Of a stretch of DNA of 64,000 nucleotides, positions 35,754-50,718 are shown one piece after another. A program made the position numbers and the translations under genes. The DNA comes from Girardia tigrina (Eukaryota), in the NCBI GenBank assembly GCA_001938485.1, contig MQRK01245143.1, forward strand, positions 2,971 through 66,970, written 5' to 3'. Below the pieces are notes generated by a model, which did not search any database, was not told the DNA's origin, and saw only the letters and a list, made by a program, of their open reading frames with translations. Every line of letters starts with the position of its first letter. The first letter of the stretch is position 1.

Positions 35754-38700
35754 CAGTGGCGGATTTAGATTTTGGTGCGTAGGGGGGCGAGAAAACTTTC
35801 AGGGGCGCCACAAAGGATAAAGGTTGTACTAGCCCTACTAATTTTAATATTGAGTAAATACTAAAATATACACGATTTGTACGCTCCCCGCTAACTTGTT
35901 CCAGCGGTAGGCAGCACCAAAAAATAAATGACTAATATAAATAATGAAGTTTTGTTGACCCGTCATTATTACCGACTTTTAATAATATTTGGGTTTACTT
36001 CGACCGTAAAATCTGGTGTGAAAGACGTGTATTGTTAGTAGTAGATTTAGTAATTAAATTTTAATCTAATTTATCGATTACATACATGGTATATAAACAG
36101 TGTAATATAAATGTATAACTATTCCAATACTATATTTTTTAAAGTAAAAACTGACTCACTAATTTATCTACTATTTAAATTGCTTTCTTCGTGATTTCAT
36201 TGAAGTAAAACTATTTATTGTTGATTCAAAATCAATCTTTTCTGTCAGTTCACGTTCTATTGAAATTAGTGCCAATCCAGACAGTCGTTCATTTGTCATT
36301 GTTGACCACAAGTAACTCTTGATTATTTTCAGTCTACTGAAACTTCTTTCAGTAGTTGCAGATGTAACAGGAAGGGTCAAGTATATTTTATAGGGAATTT
36401 GCAAATTGGGGAGTCCTGGAGTCAACTGTTTTTCAACTAAGAAAGACAGCACCTCTTTCAGTTGTAATTCACAAGATAGTGATGGACGTATTGATGCATA
36501 CACATCTTTGAATGTGTCATATTCTAGAATTTCTTCTTCAATGTTAATATAGTTTTTGTAAATTTTGCATAAATTAAAAAAAAGACCCTTTATTTTCTTC
36601 TAATATTTGTGATGGATTAAGACAGCAGAATAAAGAAACTGTGTTATGAAAATCATTGAAGCGTTCATCTAGTTGTGTTATAAGGGTATCCAAAACAGCA
36701 AAGTATGTTTCACATTTAAAGCGTGTAGCTGGATCATCAACTTTTTCATCCCTGCTAAGTTCACCAGACATACATTTCTTTTTTGCAACTCGCTTTTCTT
36801 TAAATTGGGTTTCAACATCTTGTTCAGCACAGTGTGTGCTAATAAATAATTCGATAGCAAAATTTAGACTTTGAAAAGCTTTATCACTTCTCTTATCAGC
36901 AAACTTTTTTCTGGCTGCATCAATCAATTGTTTTGCAAATGCAATGTCAATGTCCTTTCGTTGCAAATAGTTTTATTTGCAAAAAAAAACAAATATATGA
37001 TCTAACAACTTTTGGAGAAATAGTATAAGAAAAACAAAAGAATATTTTGTTATTAAAACAGATAATCCCATAGCTTCTGCTCTGACACTTCCTTTGTGTT
37101 CTTTTGATTCCCCAAAATTAATATCTTCTAGAGTAGACAAAATAGCAGAAAATGATTCAACAACTGCATCAACTGCATATTTTTGACTTGCTCATCTTGT
37201 ATCAGAAAGTCGTTTTAATGTACTTACTGTCGATTTATATTGAGACTTTTGATATTCTTCAAGAATATGCAGTCGAGATAAACTTGATGTAAGGAAAGTA
37301 TATAACTTTTCTGTTGTACCAAAAAACAACTATACAACACTGTTTACAGACATTGTTTCAATAGTCACCGAATTTAATGCATGAGTACAACAGTGAACAA
37401 ATATGGCGTTAGGTGAAAGTGCCTTTATTTTAGTTTAAAAACAATTTTTTATTCCTACATCACAGAAGCACCATCATATGCTTGTCCTCGACAAAGTGTG
37501 ATATCAATGTTTCGGTTTTGTAGCTCTGTTAATATTAGATCAGCAAATGCAGCATCATTACTGTTTTCCAGTGTGTAGAAGCCTATAAACCTTTCAACAA
37601 CTTGTTCTGATTTTAACACATATCTTAATGAAACTGACATCTGATCAACTATAGAAATATCGATTGTAGAATCAACGATTAGAGAAAAAAATTGTGTGGA
37701 TCTAACTTCATTATCAATAGTTTTGGATATTTCAAAAGCAAGAGATTGAATTAAGTCATTTTGTGCGTCGTTGCTTAAATACAGTTCATTTTTCTTTTCA
37801 AACCTTAGATGATTGTCCAAAATAGAATCATATTTGGCCAATAATAATAATAATTCACGAAAATTCCCAGTGTTATTGGTACTGTCATCACTATGTTCTC
37901 TGTGTCCTCTGAATGGCAAACCTTGTTTTGCTAAAAACAGTGTTGTGTCTATCATTCGTTTCAAAACTTCTCTATTTTTCAACTTGACGACGTTCTTGAC
38001 TGATCAAACCAGATATTAGAGTTTGTCGTTTGAAATACGATATTTCGCCAGTAAATATTGGCATAATGCATTTTGATGTTGTTTGCAAGTTTCATGTTTA
38101 ACAATTTTTTCCATGCCTTTCTTCCACTTATACACTCCAAAATGTGGGTCAGACCACTCCTAACTATAATTTTTGTTTTAGGATCAGCAAACAACCAACA
38201 AGCTTGGTAATACATTTTTTGATTTGTTGGCGAATAGACAAGCCAATTTCTTTCTTCTTTCAAACTGCCTTTCCAAAATACTTTGTGTACCAAGACACAT
38301 GTAATTTGCGCCCCAATTCATCTGTTGGAAACTTAAATGGTTTATTGAGGCCTGGTTGACATGGTCCGATTTCACACAATTTTCGTATTAGCTTTGTACG
38401 AAAATGGTGTTAATATAGATTCCTGGATCTGTAGGAAAGTCTGATTGAGTAAGTAATGGTTCTTGGATAATATCAGTAGCATGTTGTTTTTCTACTGAAT
38501 TAAATTCTAAACTGCCCTCACTATGTTTTAAGTCCTGAGCATGTGATGCTTCAGTCTCAGTACAAGAACCTGTTGTTGGGTGTTGACCCACAAACACAGA
38601 ACGTACTTGCTGATCGTCAACAAGAACCTCAGATGATGTTTCTCTCTTAGTAGGCTCCATGCAGGGTTGAATAGATGGATGTTAGCCATCAAACATAGAA

Positions 38701-39560
38701 GATGCTCTCTCATTTTCAGCAGAATCATCAACTGATTGATATATTGGCAGTTTAGACTGTTTAGTTATAAAATATGTCAATTTAATACATTTGCTAGCCT
38801 TTGTCTTGAAATTGCCTTCCTTTTCCAATTTACACCTAGATGCTCCACTTAATTTGGTTACTGCTTTTCTTTTATTATGGTCACCAGCTGACTCAGACAT
38901 GGCTCTACCTTATATTTTAATTTAATTTTTTTATTAACTATTACAAACTATTTGTATTTCAATAATTCAATAATAATGCAATATTTTGTTTGTCATAAAA
39001 GTCCAAATTGAGAATAATTATCATTAAAATTATAAATCACTTATATACAAGCACTGATACTACAAGCTACAGCTTAAAGCTAAAAGTACTGTTATGCCCT
39101 GGATATATTTAATATTAATAAATGGCTGTAGTGTAGAGTGGTAAGTGGAGTGTATTAACCCCCATTTGACTTTATAGACATACAAAACTTGTACAAGCAG
39201 TAAGTGGAAAGTGAAATCTTAAGTCTCAGTAGTATTCTCCACTGCCCAAAAATATTATGCCTGCAGGCCTACTGCATCATCTATGTCTAACAACACGATA
39301 TGGTAATATTACAAATAGCAAAGCATCAGCAGAATATGTTGCAGTGTACACGTTAATAATACATACCGAATCATACATTTAGTTCCTTTGCATCACAGAC
39401 CTTGTGTCAGTGTTAAGGATGAATCTTAATCATAATGCAGCTAATTCTTGTACACAAAACTACACATTTATAAAAGTCATCTTGGGGGCGCCATTTAGAA
39501 TCCAACAGCGGCGTGGGGGGTAGTTTGCCCCCCCCAGTCCTATAGCTAAATCCGCCACTG
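35754..39560 (-). mobile_element. hAT (Tip100/ZMYM1-like) transposon, transposase 38900-36171 pseudogenised
   Basis: 15-bp TIR CAGTGGCGGATTTAG, TSD 6/8 match. Motifs LAKQGLPFRGH, FSLIVDSTID, CRGQAYDGAS, TSATTERSFSRLK. Confidence 0.95.
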
Positions 39561-40790
39561 CATGGGGGGACGGAAGCTGAATATTTTTAAACAATTACGT
39601 AACGTTAAACCCAGAAGCAATTAATGCAACATGAGCATTCTCAATAGTACTTTCCTTGAAATAACGAAATAAATGAACACTATCACCGAATAAGTATTAT
39701 TATTCAATTCATTGATGTTTATAATGGAATTGCAATGCGTCGAGAGTTTTCGGAAACGTGCCATAAACGCACAATCTGTTCCGACATTTCTGTTGTCATA
39801 GTTTCTGGATATTCTGCAGTGATGCACACTAAGCGGGCGCTGTTTCCGGGAGTCAGTCTGTTTCTTAGTGTGAGCGGCAGTGTATGTAATGAGCATTTGG
39901 TGATGTTTCCTTCATAATTCCACCTTGAACTCCTTCATATTTTCCATTGAAAACACTTGCTCTGCCGTACCCTTGCCACACAATGTCAGTCATGTTTAGC
40001 TCCAATTCTTTGGTAATGACATCTTTCAACGACTATTTTATAGAAGTGGCATTAGACATCTGCACTCACGCATGGTGATAAAACTTTCTTTCGGAAAACC
40101 AGACATGTCCAGATAACGAATACAGATGGAAAGCTCAATGCGTGAGGCAATATCGGTTGATTAATCAGCCATTAGAGTGGAGAGGTGACTTGGAGATGCT
40201 TTGAGGTTGTCCTTGAGATTAATCAGAACCCACTTCCCAATTGAATCAGTGAATTGTGCAATTATGCATTAGACATATAAGCAGCATTCTCTTTGTTACC
40301 ATCAATCCACATTATCAAAAAAATGCTACGATCCATAGACGCGCATAACTTGACCAAAGGGGGAAAGTTTGTGAAGTGAGGAATTTAACTTTTCAAGAGA
40401 AAATACAGCATCCGTATGTAGTCGCTGAGGCAGGATATATTTCTCTGTTTCATTTAAGCTGATTGATTTTGAAGTTGAGTGAACACTGAGGAGGGGTTGC
40501 GTCGCTTTTGTTGAGCGACACCAACTGCAGCCATATGGATATCACTTTCTTGGTGTTTGAGTATCTAATTGTTTTACGCTAAACAGCCCGTGGCATTGTA
40601 TCAATCGTTGAAGCTCCGCGGGATGAATTCCATCTGAGTCCCATCTGAATTGGATGGAATACCAGAGGAATAAAATGCGACACAGATGGAGCATTTGCCA
40701 TCAGATGTGAGCCATGAGAATTTCTTTGTGTACTCTTCTTTGTACTTACCACGGGATGCTTTTTCCTGCAGCTCAAATCAGAAAACTGTG

Positions 40791-42090
40791 CATGGTGCGA
40801 TCCTTAAGTCCTTAGACTCGCTGATAAATAAGATTATGACGTATATACCGTTGATACTATAAATAGATGAGCTATCTTTGGTTGCAGATATGACTCACCA
40901 TACCAAACCTGTGTGTGTGAGTCGTGCGTATAGTCATTATTTCACTTTTTACTGTAGACATGGACAGTAACGTCGAATATCACAGTATGATAAAATTTCT
41001 GCTCCTGCGCAATACTAAAAGCTACGATATTTTGCAGAAGTTGGAGGAAGCTTTCGGAGACCGGTGCCCATCATGTGCAACAGTGTATAATTGAATCAGA
41101 GACTTTAAACATGGTCGAAAATCCGTTTTTGATGCTGAGAGATCAGGACGTCTGTGTGAAATTTTACCCGGGAAAAGTGATTTGTACATGAAGATTGTGT
41201 CAGAAGAGAGACGAATAAGCATCCATGAACTGTTACACAGCGTCTATCCATCAGCTACCATTCTACATATGATATTCTGCAATCACTTGGAGTTCGCAAA
41301 CTGTGTTAACTTTTTGTTCCCCGATTCCTATCCGGTGAAATGTGTGACAAACGTTTGTAGTGTTACACTACCAATTTGGAGTTGCTTCGCACTCATGGTG
41401 ATCACTTCATCAAAAACATAGTTACATAAGATGAAACCCCGGTGAGCTTGAATGTGCCTGAGAGCAAGCGTCAATCTTCTGAGTGGTGCTTCCCCTGTGA
41501 AAGTGTTCCCTGAAAACTTCGAAGCGGTACCTCGCACAAGCGAGCAGCAATGCTGACGGTGTTCTGGGATTCCCATGGCATTACTAAAATTGATTTCCTT
41601 GAGAAAGGATGGACAATGAATAGTGAGAATTATGTTGAATTGCTTCGCGATGTGAGAAAGTCTCGTAGGAAGGCGAGAGGGATCGCATTGTGGCTTCTTC
41701 AAGACAATGCACCCATTCACACTTCGCGATCAACTTTGACTGCTGTGGATGACTGTGGCTTTCAATTGGTTTCCAATCCCCCTATAGCCCTGACCTAGCC
41801 CCACGTGATTTTGCGTTGTTTAAACACCTAAAGAAACATTTGAAAGGTGTCCACTTTCATTCAGTTGATGTTCTCAAGGAGAAAGTCCTTGATATTCTTA
41901 ATTTTTTGTCTTCCAATTTTTACAAAAAAGCGTTCTCTGAGCTTGTTGCTCGCTGGCGCAAGTGTGTTGATGTACATGGCTTATACATTGAGAAATGATT
42001 TACTTTGATGTCATGTACTGATTCTGAAAAAATAAAGTTGATTGGACTTTGCTTTCTTGTCGAGTCTAAGGACTTATGGATCGCACCACG
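40791..42090 (+). mobile_element. mariner transposon, decayed
   Basis: TIR C(A/G)TGGTGCGATCC.TAAGTCCTTAGACTCG. Motifs MLTVFWD, LQDNAPIH, PYSPDLAP. Confidence 0.92.
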
Positions 42091-43079
42091 TATATGGTTT
42101 TTAGTTTTTTGCTTCACTCACTATTGATTAATCAAGCCTTGGCTTAGTAGCTTGTTGGGAGAGTGAACAATCATCTATTTCCTTGCCAGAATGGGGACGT
42201 TTAATTACGAATCGATCCATTACACGGTTTCTTATATGAGAAATAACGATCAAAATGGTGTCCATTCATTAAGAGTCACAAGTGCTGTTTGCTTTTGATA
42301 CCTCACCCAATCAAAATACACACTAATAAACCAATAATATATCAATAGAGTCACAAGGGGATTGCATTGAAAAGTGTCATGGTCATAATTTATGACTCAT
42401 AAATAACAGTGAACGTTGGTGAAAATCAGTTGAGAATAGGTGCGTGTATGTATTCCACTATTCGAGTATTCCAAATTGCCTATGAAGAAATTTTTTCCGA
42501 CACCCTTAATTTTCCCGACAAAAAGTTGTAGCAATTTTTCTATTTTTTATTACTTAAATTCTGGGGGGGGAAATTCTAAAAACTGGAGGGGAAAATTCCC
42601 CCTTAGATTGATGCCTGTCGAAAACACTGTTAACAAGTTAATTCACACATTTAAACAACGTTCATATCGATCAAATTTATTCACTGACACCAAAACACCC
42701 ATTGATCTCATCAATCATTTTATATTCCCTGAACCATCTGGACACTAGTCTAATCTAAAGCGACCAGCTTTCAGCGGCCACTTTGTCCTCATTTCTCCAA
42801 GTTACTTCAACAGTCAAATGTGTCGACGTTGCTCATACGAGTTTCGCATCAGCCATGGATCTTGGGACTTCATCCACTTCAACTGATGTTTTATAATTTA
42901 TTCGTGAAATGACTCCTCGGCGCAAACGTGTGGTGCATCGCGCATCAACCGGTTTCACGTAGACTCAATCACCGGACACAAAATAATTTCCAACGTCTTC
43001 ATCCGACTTCACCATCTGATAACGCAGTTAATACATGTAAATCTAGTTACTAAGAACTAGGGACTTTTTTAACATATTG

Positions 43080-45400
43080 ACTGGGGGGCATTTGTCCACC
43101 CAGTAACCAAATATGCGCCTCCAGTCCTATGCAAAAGTTATAGACTGGGGGGGGGCGCAATTTTTATAAAACCGATTTTAAAAGCTACTTTTCTATTTTT
43201 TTTATAATCATAACCCGGTGCTTTTGAAACAACAGAAGATTTAACCTTCACTGTTCTGGCAGATGACTTAAATACAAATACACACATTGGCTTCTTTGCA
43301 ACAGAAGAATCCATTATCAGTACTTCTCAAAATACTATGGAATGGTACAAGCACAGAAAAGTGAATGTAAAATGGTAAGTAGAAAATAGTAGTGACTGCT
43401 TAGAAACATATCTTTGAATCTGCTAAAAGGAATCGTAAAACACAATATAGGGACTCTAGAACATGTGAAAATTTTTTGAATGTACCCCGCAAGTTTTGTC
43501 ACAATGGAACTTTATACTTGGCTTATGGCTGCCGTGCAGATACAGCTGTAAATATGAAGGCTTTCATAGATCACCTTGACTCAGTTACCCATAAGGCAGT
43601 AGTGCTACATGTAGATTTAGAATTGAAAAGGAAAATTTAATCCTCTCATCACCCCTGGCTGAAATTTTAGCAAAAGTACCGTGCGGAAGTTGTGGAATTT
43701 CTTATCTCATTCGATGTAGACGTTTATAATGACAGTCTGATAAGTACTATTTCTGCTACTCTCTCTGGCCCTCAAGGTATCTAGCTCAAGTAAACAGGTC
43801 CAAAATTATTAGCAGCCTTCGCGAGAATGAAATCACTTCTCCATTGGAGAAATTTCAACCTTCCTCGTCGACATGACATTACAGAGATCCAAACTGCTGT
43901 CGAGAAATGCTACTTATCGTTGCTGGAGAAGTTCAGGAGAAACTCCCTCGTGAGCTACAGGATTGTGTTGCTTACATAGTACAAGTTGATAGCAGAGTCA
44001 ATCGGCAAATGGTAGATTACAAATAAGTCTCTGTGAGAATTGTAACAAAAGAGTGTGAAGTAAAGAACGTCTTCAAAGTCTTCAACGAACCTCAAAAGAT
44101 TAGGGCCCTTGGACTGCTGTAAGTCCCTGAGCATGCCCTTAAGACCATGATCACACCAAATCCCAAGCTGATTGGAGTTACACCATATCGCGAAAGCGCT
44201 AATACACGATCAAAAAGGTAACTCTGGAAGCTTATGAAGAACTGACTGCATCGTGATTTATTAACATTCTCTTGTGCGTTCACAGAAGTGACATAGCTTT
44301 TAAAAGCATTGGAGGAGGCGTTTCGGAACAGCGTATCTGGATTAAAAATGCCAAGTCTCTAGCTACCTTCTTCAGGATGTCTCAAAAGACAACGAAAATC
44401 CTACGTCAATTTAAACAACGGCAAAATATTTCCCTGCTCATTACGAAGTTCGATTAGCGGAGCACATAGCCAACCTTTTAACGGTCATTCTTCATAATCT
44501 TTACGGCTGCAAGAAAGTTTCTAAGTTTCTAGAAGTGAAAGGTGAATCGAAATCAGAGAGAGCAACAGCGCGGGAATATTTGAAGACTTGGGCATCAAGT
44601 TTGGCTTAACGGTCTCATAGTTGATGTTTTGAAAATATTTCGTGATTCGCAAAAGCAGCTAGAGCGTGACGATCTTATTTAACCAGGGCTAATAAGTAAT
44701 AGAGATTTGGCACTTAGTAAATTAAACCTTTTATCCAGGGCCCCCTATCCTGATAGAGAGGAATAAAAACTACAGCCCAAGGAAACAAAGACTCATTTTA
44801 AGAGTCGTTTATACGAATATGCCAACTACATGAAATTAGGATGCGGTACGCCTCGAAATTGTATAATTAACGGAGAATTATGTTGGAGAGCGGTTTGATG
44901 TACACAAGATGAAGTAGTCCAAGACATATTAACTCTTTTGAATACAGCATAAATCGAATCATTTATTAAGACATGAGTGAAAATAACATGACACTTTTTT
45001 TCAGAAGAATTTCAGCGTTTTGCAGATGACTGTGCTGAGCAATGGCTAATATATACTTTACCAAAGTTGAAGTAGAAAATCTTCCTACAGCGCTGCAGTG
45101 GCGTACTTTTGAAAGTAATATCGTTTTCGGTAACACTCACTCCTCACAGCATGTTTCATGAGAGGCTTGTTTCTTTATACAACTTAAACGTTTCAGCCAA
45201 TCGTATGAGTACCTCAGCTGAGACATCCAACTCTCGCATGATGATCGCAATGAATTGAAAGAGGATCTTCTAGTTTGATCCTCGCAGTGCTGTGACAGAA
45301 TTCTTGTGAGTCAAAGAAACTCAACCTCGGGTATTTATTCAGAAAGAGACTTTGATGGTAATTCCTTTTTAAAAAAAGTAACATTTGTTAAAGTGTTGTG
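43080..45400 (+). mobile_element. highly decayed hAT-like (ZNF862-type) transposase relic
   Basis: C-x-x-HRSDIAF-like motif near 44270 and G-run subterminal motifs. Boundaries approximate. Confidence 0.5.
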
Positions 45401-45409
45401 TAATATAAC

Positions 45410-45676
45410 TCATGTTGAACTGACAGCTTTATACTTATCTTTCAACTCTATGTCGAAAAGATAGAGGAGAACGAGCTCTTGCTTGGATTTCGTGATTTCC
45501 ACAAAATTAAAGAATGTCACGCATTCTTCCATAAACGTTTCCCTATGGTCACCTTTCCTGAATTTTTCAGATAAAAGTTGATTTTTAAAGGTATCCATTG
45601 TAGCGTGGTCGTCAATAATATCAGTCATGGCTAGCACAAAAAATAATGTTTTTTGAAAACAAATTATTATTTTCAA
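45410..45676 (-). pseudogene. Ty3/Gypsy gag N-terminal fragment
   Basis: NQLLSEKFRKGDHRETFMEECVTFF is homologous to the gag at 13201-13580. Confidence 0.75.
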
Positions 45677-45789
45677 AAATATTTATTTTTGAAATTATAA
45701 TTTATTGCAATTAAAATATAAAACTTTATTTAAAAATTTAATTTAAAATAATGTGATTAAATTTTAAATTTTAATTAATTTAAACATTT

Positions 45790-47580
45790 TGTCAGCGAAA
45801 AGAAAATTAACTAACTCCTTATAAATATTATTTCTAGACATTCTATACGATTACTGACAGATACGTTCCACAACTTACTCAGGCTTTGCAGTTGGTTTGC
45901 TCTGAAACACTTCCCGCAATCACAAAGCAATTCCTTGGGCGGTTCTCTTTCTCTGAATAGCTCCAATAATGTTGCCACTATAGATTCAGCACTCTCGTTC
46001 TTCAATCACTTCCAAATAGCAAAACGACTCTGTCCACAATCAACGTATGTGAAATAAGTTTTCCATCATTAATCTGTTTTGTCACAACTAAGAAGAGGCC
46101 GATTTCTCGCCACATCTAACTTGCTTTTTGTGTACTGCTCTGCTTTCGGATAAATCGACAGACAAACGTTGCATTCATATACCACTCTCGCTTATTCACT
46201 GCTCCGTAAACTTATCTACTCCGAAATGGTGTAACAAATGAATTGCTTTAATGTCTTAATTGATGGTGCAACTCCAGCAAAGTTGTTAATATACACTTTT
46301 GCGAGTGCTTCTACAAATGGACTGGATCTCTATTCAACGTGTCAGCTTTCTTCTCGGCCGATTTCACTAAACATACGATATTGTTTTTATTTTTGGGATG
46401 TCTGACGCGCCAACCTCTGAGTCATGAGTGTACAACCGCTTCGTAGTATCATTTAAAATGTCTAAACTAGTCTTATCTATTTTCTTGTTCGATTTCCTAT
46501 CACTTGTCATACGTTTCAAGAAACTACATGCTAATCTTAACCAGCCTACAATAGGGAAAGACCCAGTCCCTTGCCCACACCATGAAGCAATCTCCCTTTT
46601 CGAGGACTGCACTTAAGTTTTAAATCACATTATCCAATTTCCATTTCATCACTCCATTTTCCTCATGCATTCGCAGTCCTAGAACTCTGCCTGGGCACAG
46701 CATCTCGGTTGTTTTGCTCGGATTCTGAAACTCTTGAGCACATGTAACGCTCTTTGATTTCTGACTCTGTTCAGATCTGCAATTACATCATCGGCGGTCG
46801 AATCCATAAACTGAGGGTCTCTCGATAACACAAATTTAATCACCACTGACATTTTCTTTGGTGCTACATTTAGGTCGTAACTTAGACAAGTTACCATATA
46901 CACTTTCCCCTTAAAGTAAACAAACTGATATTTCGAAAACTCCATATCAACGTGCAGCGATTTTTAAATCAATCACACGAAGATTTTACGTCATCTCCAA
47001 AAGTTTTCGATATCAATCTCAATGGTCACAGAACTGCTAGATACATATCTGTTCAGCTTCCGGAAATCCATCACTACCCTGACCTTGCCTTTCTATGCTG
47101 AAGGACCACCATCAATGGAATGATCTCTCCATCTTGCTCTTCAATTTCTACTTCAAATTCTCTCTACATGTCTTTGCGAACTAGATCAAGAGAATATTAT
47201 TTGTTAACACAGCGTATCTTATTTCTTCAAACAGTCGATACAGGACGATTTATCTATTTGTCATTTAACACTGTTTTGAAATCCTTATCAACTATTTCCC
47301 ACTTCTATCCACCTCACGTTTAAACTCCTTTAGCTTTACTAGCTAATGGACCAATATTAAAAATATGTCTAATGGTTAACGAACATGATTCTCTCACAAA
47401 AATAGAATATCAGTTTTCGATGATGTAAACGCCTCATAATCTCTGTATCCCATCGATACATATAATCAACTTACGTCTGGGTAAGACGTTAATTACCAAG
47501 CAACCCTAAAAACTTATCATTCTAACATTAACATCTACTTCACATACTTGTTTACATTTGGCGGATTTTTAATTCATCAG
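45790..47580 (-). mobile_element. decayed LTR-retrotransposon pol (RT-RH-integrase)
   Basis: LNVAPKKM RT segment, WCGQGTGSFPIVGWLR, integrase PPKELLCDCGKCF. Confidence 0.8.
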
Positions 47581-47583
47581 CAT

Positions 47584-48030
47584 TGTAAGTAGCGTTTTTG
47601 CTACTTTCATTATTATCAGTTTCAAAACTCATAATTCAGCACCAAAATTTTTATTAATAACAATAATTCACATACTTAAACAAATTTCTTATTAATTCAA
47701 TTATTATTTCGCCAAAAATTAATCTATTAAATCTTTCTTTTGATTCCATTTTTTAAAATTTAATAAATTTTAAAACATTAAGTTAATAAAATAATTTTTA
47801 CACTAAAACTAAAAATTTTTCCAAATTTTATCTTAAAACTAATTATTTTACTTTTTAAATATTTAATAACCATATAAAATAAACGTATTTTTTATTTTTT
47901 AAATAAGTATTTAGATTTAATGATTTTCTTTATTTTAATTTTAAACTTTTGTATATATTTACTTTTTTAACTTTCAAATTAAAAAAATAATAAATTATTT
48001 TGGCGAAATGCAAATTTAAATTAACCCTTC
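47584..48030 (-). repeat. LTR of the same family as 13611-14030
   Basis: TGTAAGTAGCG... is colinear with 13611-13850, and the far end resembles 19800-19887. Confidence 0.7.
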
Positions 48031-49779
48031 ATAAGCATGATGTCTAATCAAGTCTTTTTAATTTTACACGACTTGACAGCGTCAATAACAACGATTTAAC
48101 GGTGGCAGCACGAATCTACGAACATGCGCACAATCAAATTATTCATTTCCAAACCAAACCCTTGCAAACACACCACATAGATCTGCAGAATTTGGCTCTT
48201 TCGTGCCATTACATTTAAAACATCGTCTTCCTTTTTGTACGTTATAACTCGTCTCGTCGACTGATGTTTCTAATGGTTTCAGCTACTCTGTAACACGGTG
48301 TGACCGTAGACTTCTCACACGAGAATCTAACGGAAACTTCTGCGTTATTCTTGTAAAGATAAATAACTATATTTATATCTATATTATTTTTACTACTATA
48401 ACATTTACAATATTATAATAATGGATCCAAAATATTCTGAATTAAGTCTCTTGATGATTTTTGTTTAAATAAACAAAAAACGCGCACTTTTTAAATAAGA
48501 ATTAATTTTCGGAAATTTAGACTTATTAATTTTTATTGATAGAAAATTCTTACAATCCTGTACAAGTACATCTCTGATTTAACGATTGATCTCGCCATTA
48601 CGATGATCTTGGCCAGATGCAAATCGTCTATAGATCTGATTAGCTGCTTAGCGAAATACTATAAGCCTCGAATCATCGCACTTTTTATCCACTCATAGCT
48701 TGACTTATTATCAAACTAACTAATCTCTTTATGTCAGCAAAATATAAATCCCCAGGTTTACAATCTACGATTTTTCTACGAGATGGTCAGAAAGATAAAA
48801 AAACAAATTTAATGCTCTATCCAGTAAACTTGTTATTACAGTAGTGTTTGAAAAATTCCAAATATTAATGTAGTCGTCACGCTTTAAAATTAAGAATTAA
48901 TATTGATGATAAATTAAACAATTTAAAATAAATTAAGAATGTCTGATTTTCCAGAGGAGGAAACGCCCCCATCCTTTCCCATTGGTGCTGGTGCCCATGA
49001 ATTTCAGTGAATTTGAAGCATCGTATTACGAAATTGGATTTATTTAATCAAGAATTAATTCTTTTCAGATTTGTAATTTTTCGAAGAGATCTCTTCATAT
49101 ATTCTTCTAATGTAGTACGAACATTTGTTTTAAATGAAGAAGCACCAGAAATACATGACTTGTAATTTAGACAAAAGACCATTTGTAATAATGTGATATC
49201 AGTACAAGCAACGTTTATCATAATTTAAACATACAATTTCTTTTACGCTGCCATTGAATTCTGAAGGAAATAGTTTTTTGGAAAGGTTTTTAAATTTTAT
49301 AAGCTACATGAAGTAACAAAATTACAACTGAATGTGATTATTTAGTATAATTTATTAATCACATAAATCGCGTTTGATTAAACTTATTTTATTTAAAATG
49401 AAAAATAATTTTTTGGAACGGATATGATTGAAATTACCCTTTACAAAGGTGTGTAATTTAGAAAATCCCTACAAACATTCAAGTTCTGATAATTTTAGAA
49501 TTTCGGAATTAAAGTGTGTTTGTTGTACAAAGAATAAAACGACGAACATAAATGTAAATAAGATTGTAACAGAGATTGTAAGGAGATACGTATGTGTGAA
49601 ATTTAATAAATGGTTTTTTACTAAATATATAGACTGATGTAATTTTTAAAATTTGTCAAGTAATTTGACATCCTATTGAGTATCGGGTGTTATTAAATTA
49701 TTGATTTGTTATGGTGATAGCAATTAGAAAATATTGAATCAGTGACTCCCAACATATGACATGCTGTCCTTCACAATCT

Positions 49780-50718
49780 ATTATTTGATTAAACAGTTTA
49801 AATATAGCTAAAGATGACGAAAAAGTTGGTCGTCTTTCTGAAAGTTGGGCCAAAAAAGGTAGAAATGTTTGCTAGTTGAAAAAGAAGAATTTCGATTACT
49901 ATCAAGGATATCTCTCAGTGAGTGAATGGAAGTTCAAAGGTGTATCTGCATCCTGAATGAATGTAGTGTAAGAAACTTTTCATTAAAGTTAATTCCATGT
50001 TTTTTAAATGCGTCAAAACAGTTTAAATTGTACCAGAAAAAACTTCATTTTGAACCCCATGGTGATAAATTTCTCCGAAATATAATAACTGTGGATAATA
50101 CATCTTTATTCAGATATGTTCCTGAGACTAAGCGTGAGTCTATTGAATGAAAATTTTCTTAAGAAACCAGTTCCAGTAAGACTATATGTAAGATTATATT
50201 ATAATATTATAAGTATATCATCGAATTTCATTGATGTTGACAATTTTTGGATGAAAGTTGCATAATCTATACACATTTTGCTGAAAAAGGTCTGCGAATT
50301 AATTCTACCTACTAAAATTATGTTCATATAGAAGTCGAAAATCACGTTGTGTCTCCAAAGCGTTCCAATTCACAAAAGTGCTGAAATAATTGCAAAGAGT
50401 GATACAAATGGATTTGTTATCTTAGGTCCCCCTTCATACAAGCATGATCTGGTGCCAAGTGACTTTTTCTATTCAGACATATGAAGAAACATTTGTGAGG
50501 GCAAATCTACCAAGAAGCTGCAGATTTGAAACAAGATGTGAAACTTTTGTTAAAAGATAAAAGCTCATTTTTTTAAAAAATGCCTTTGTGAAACTTTTGC
50601 ATCACTTGAGAAAGTTTTTGGTACACAATGATTATTATTTTAAACATCATGTTAAATCATATCTTTCGTGTTTGATTTCTAGAACACCGAGAGTGGATAA
50701 TTATTGAACGCACCACGT
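49780..50718 (+). mobile_element. old mariner relic
   Basis: RNIITVDNT..YVPETKRES and DLVPSDF remnants. Terminus ...GAACGCACCACG followed by TA. Confidence 0.7.

Larger units (their letters stand above)
35701..42629 (-). mobile_element. outer hAT element with decayed transposase, hosting two nested insertions
   Basis: TIR CAGTGTTT/AAACACTG and perfect 8-bp TSD TTAACAAG. Relic motif PNAHYIHCRSH on the minus strand near 39870-39900. Confidence 0.88.

Noticed and set aside
36171-38900. Host ZMYM1-like gene
   Set aside because: Bounded by TIRs and full of stops and frameshifts, so it is a transposon.
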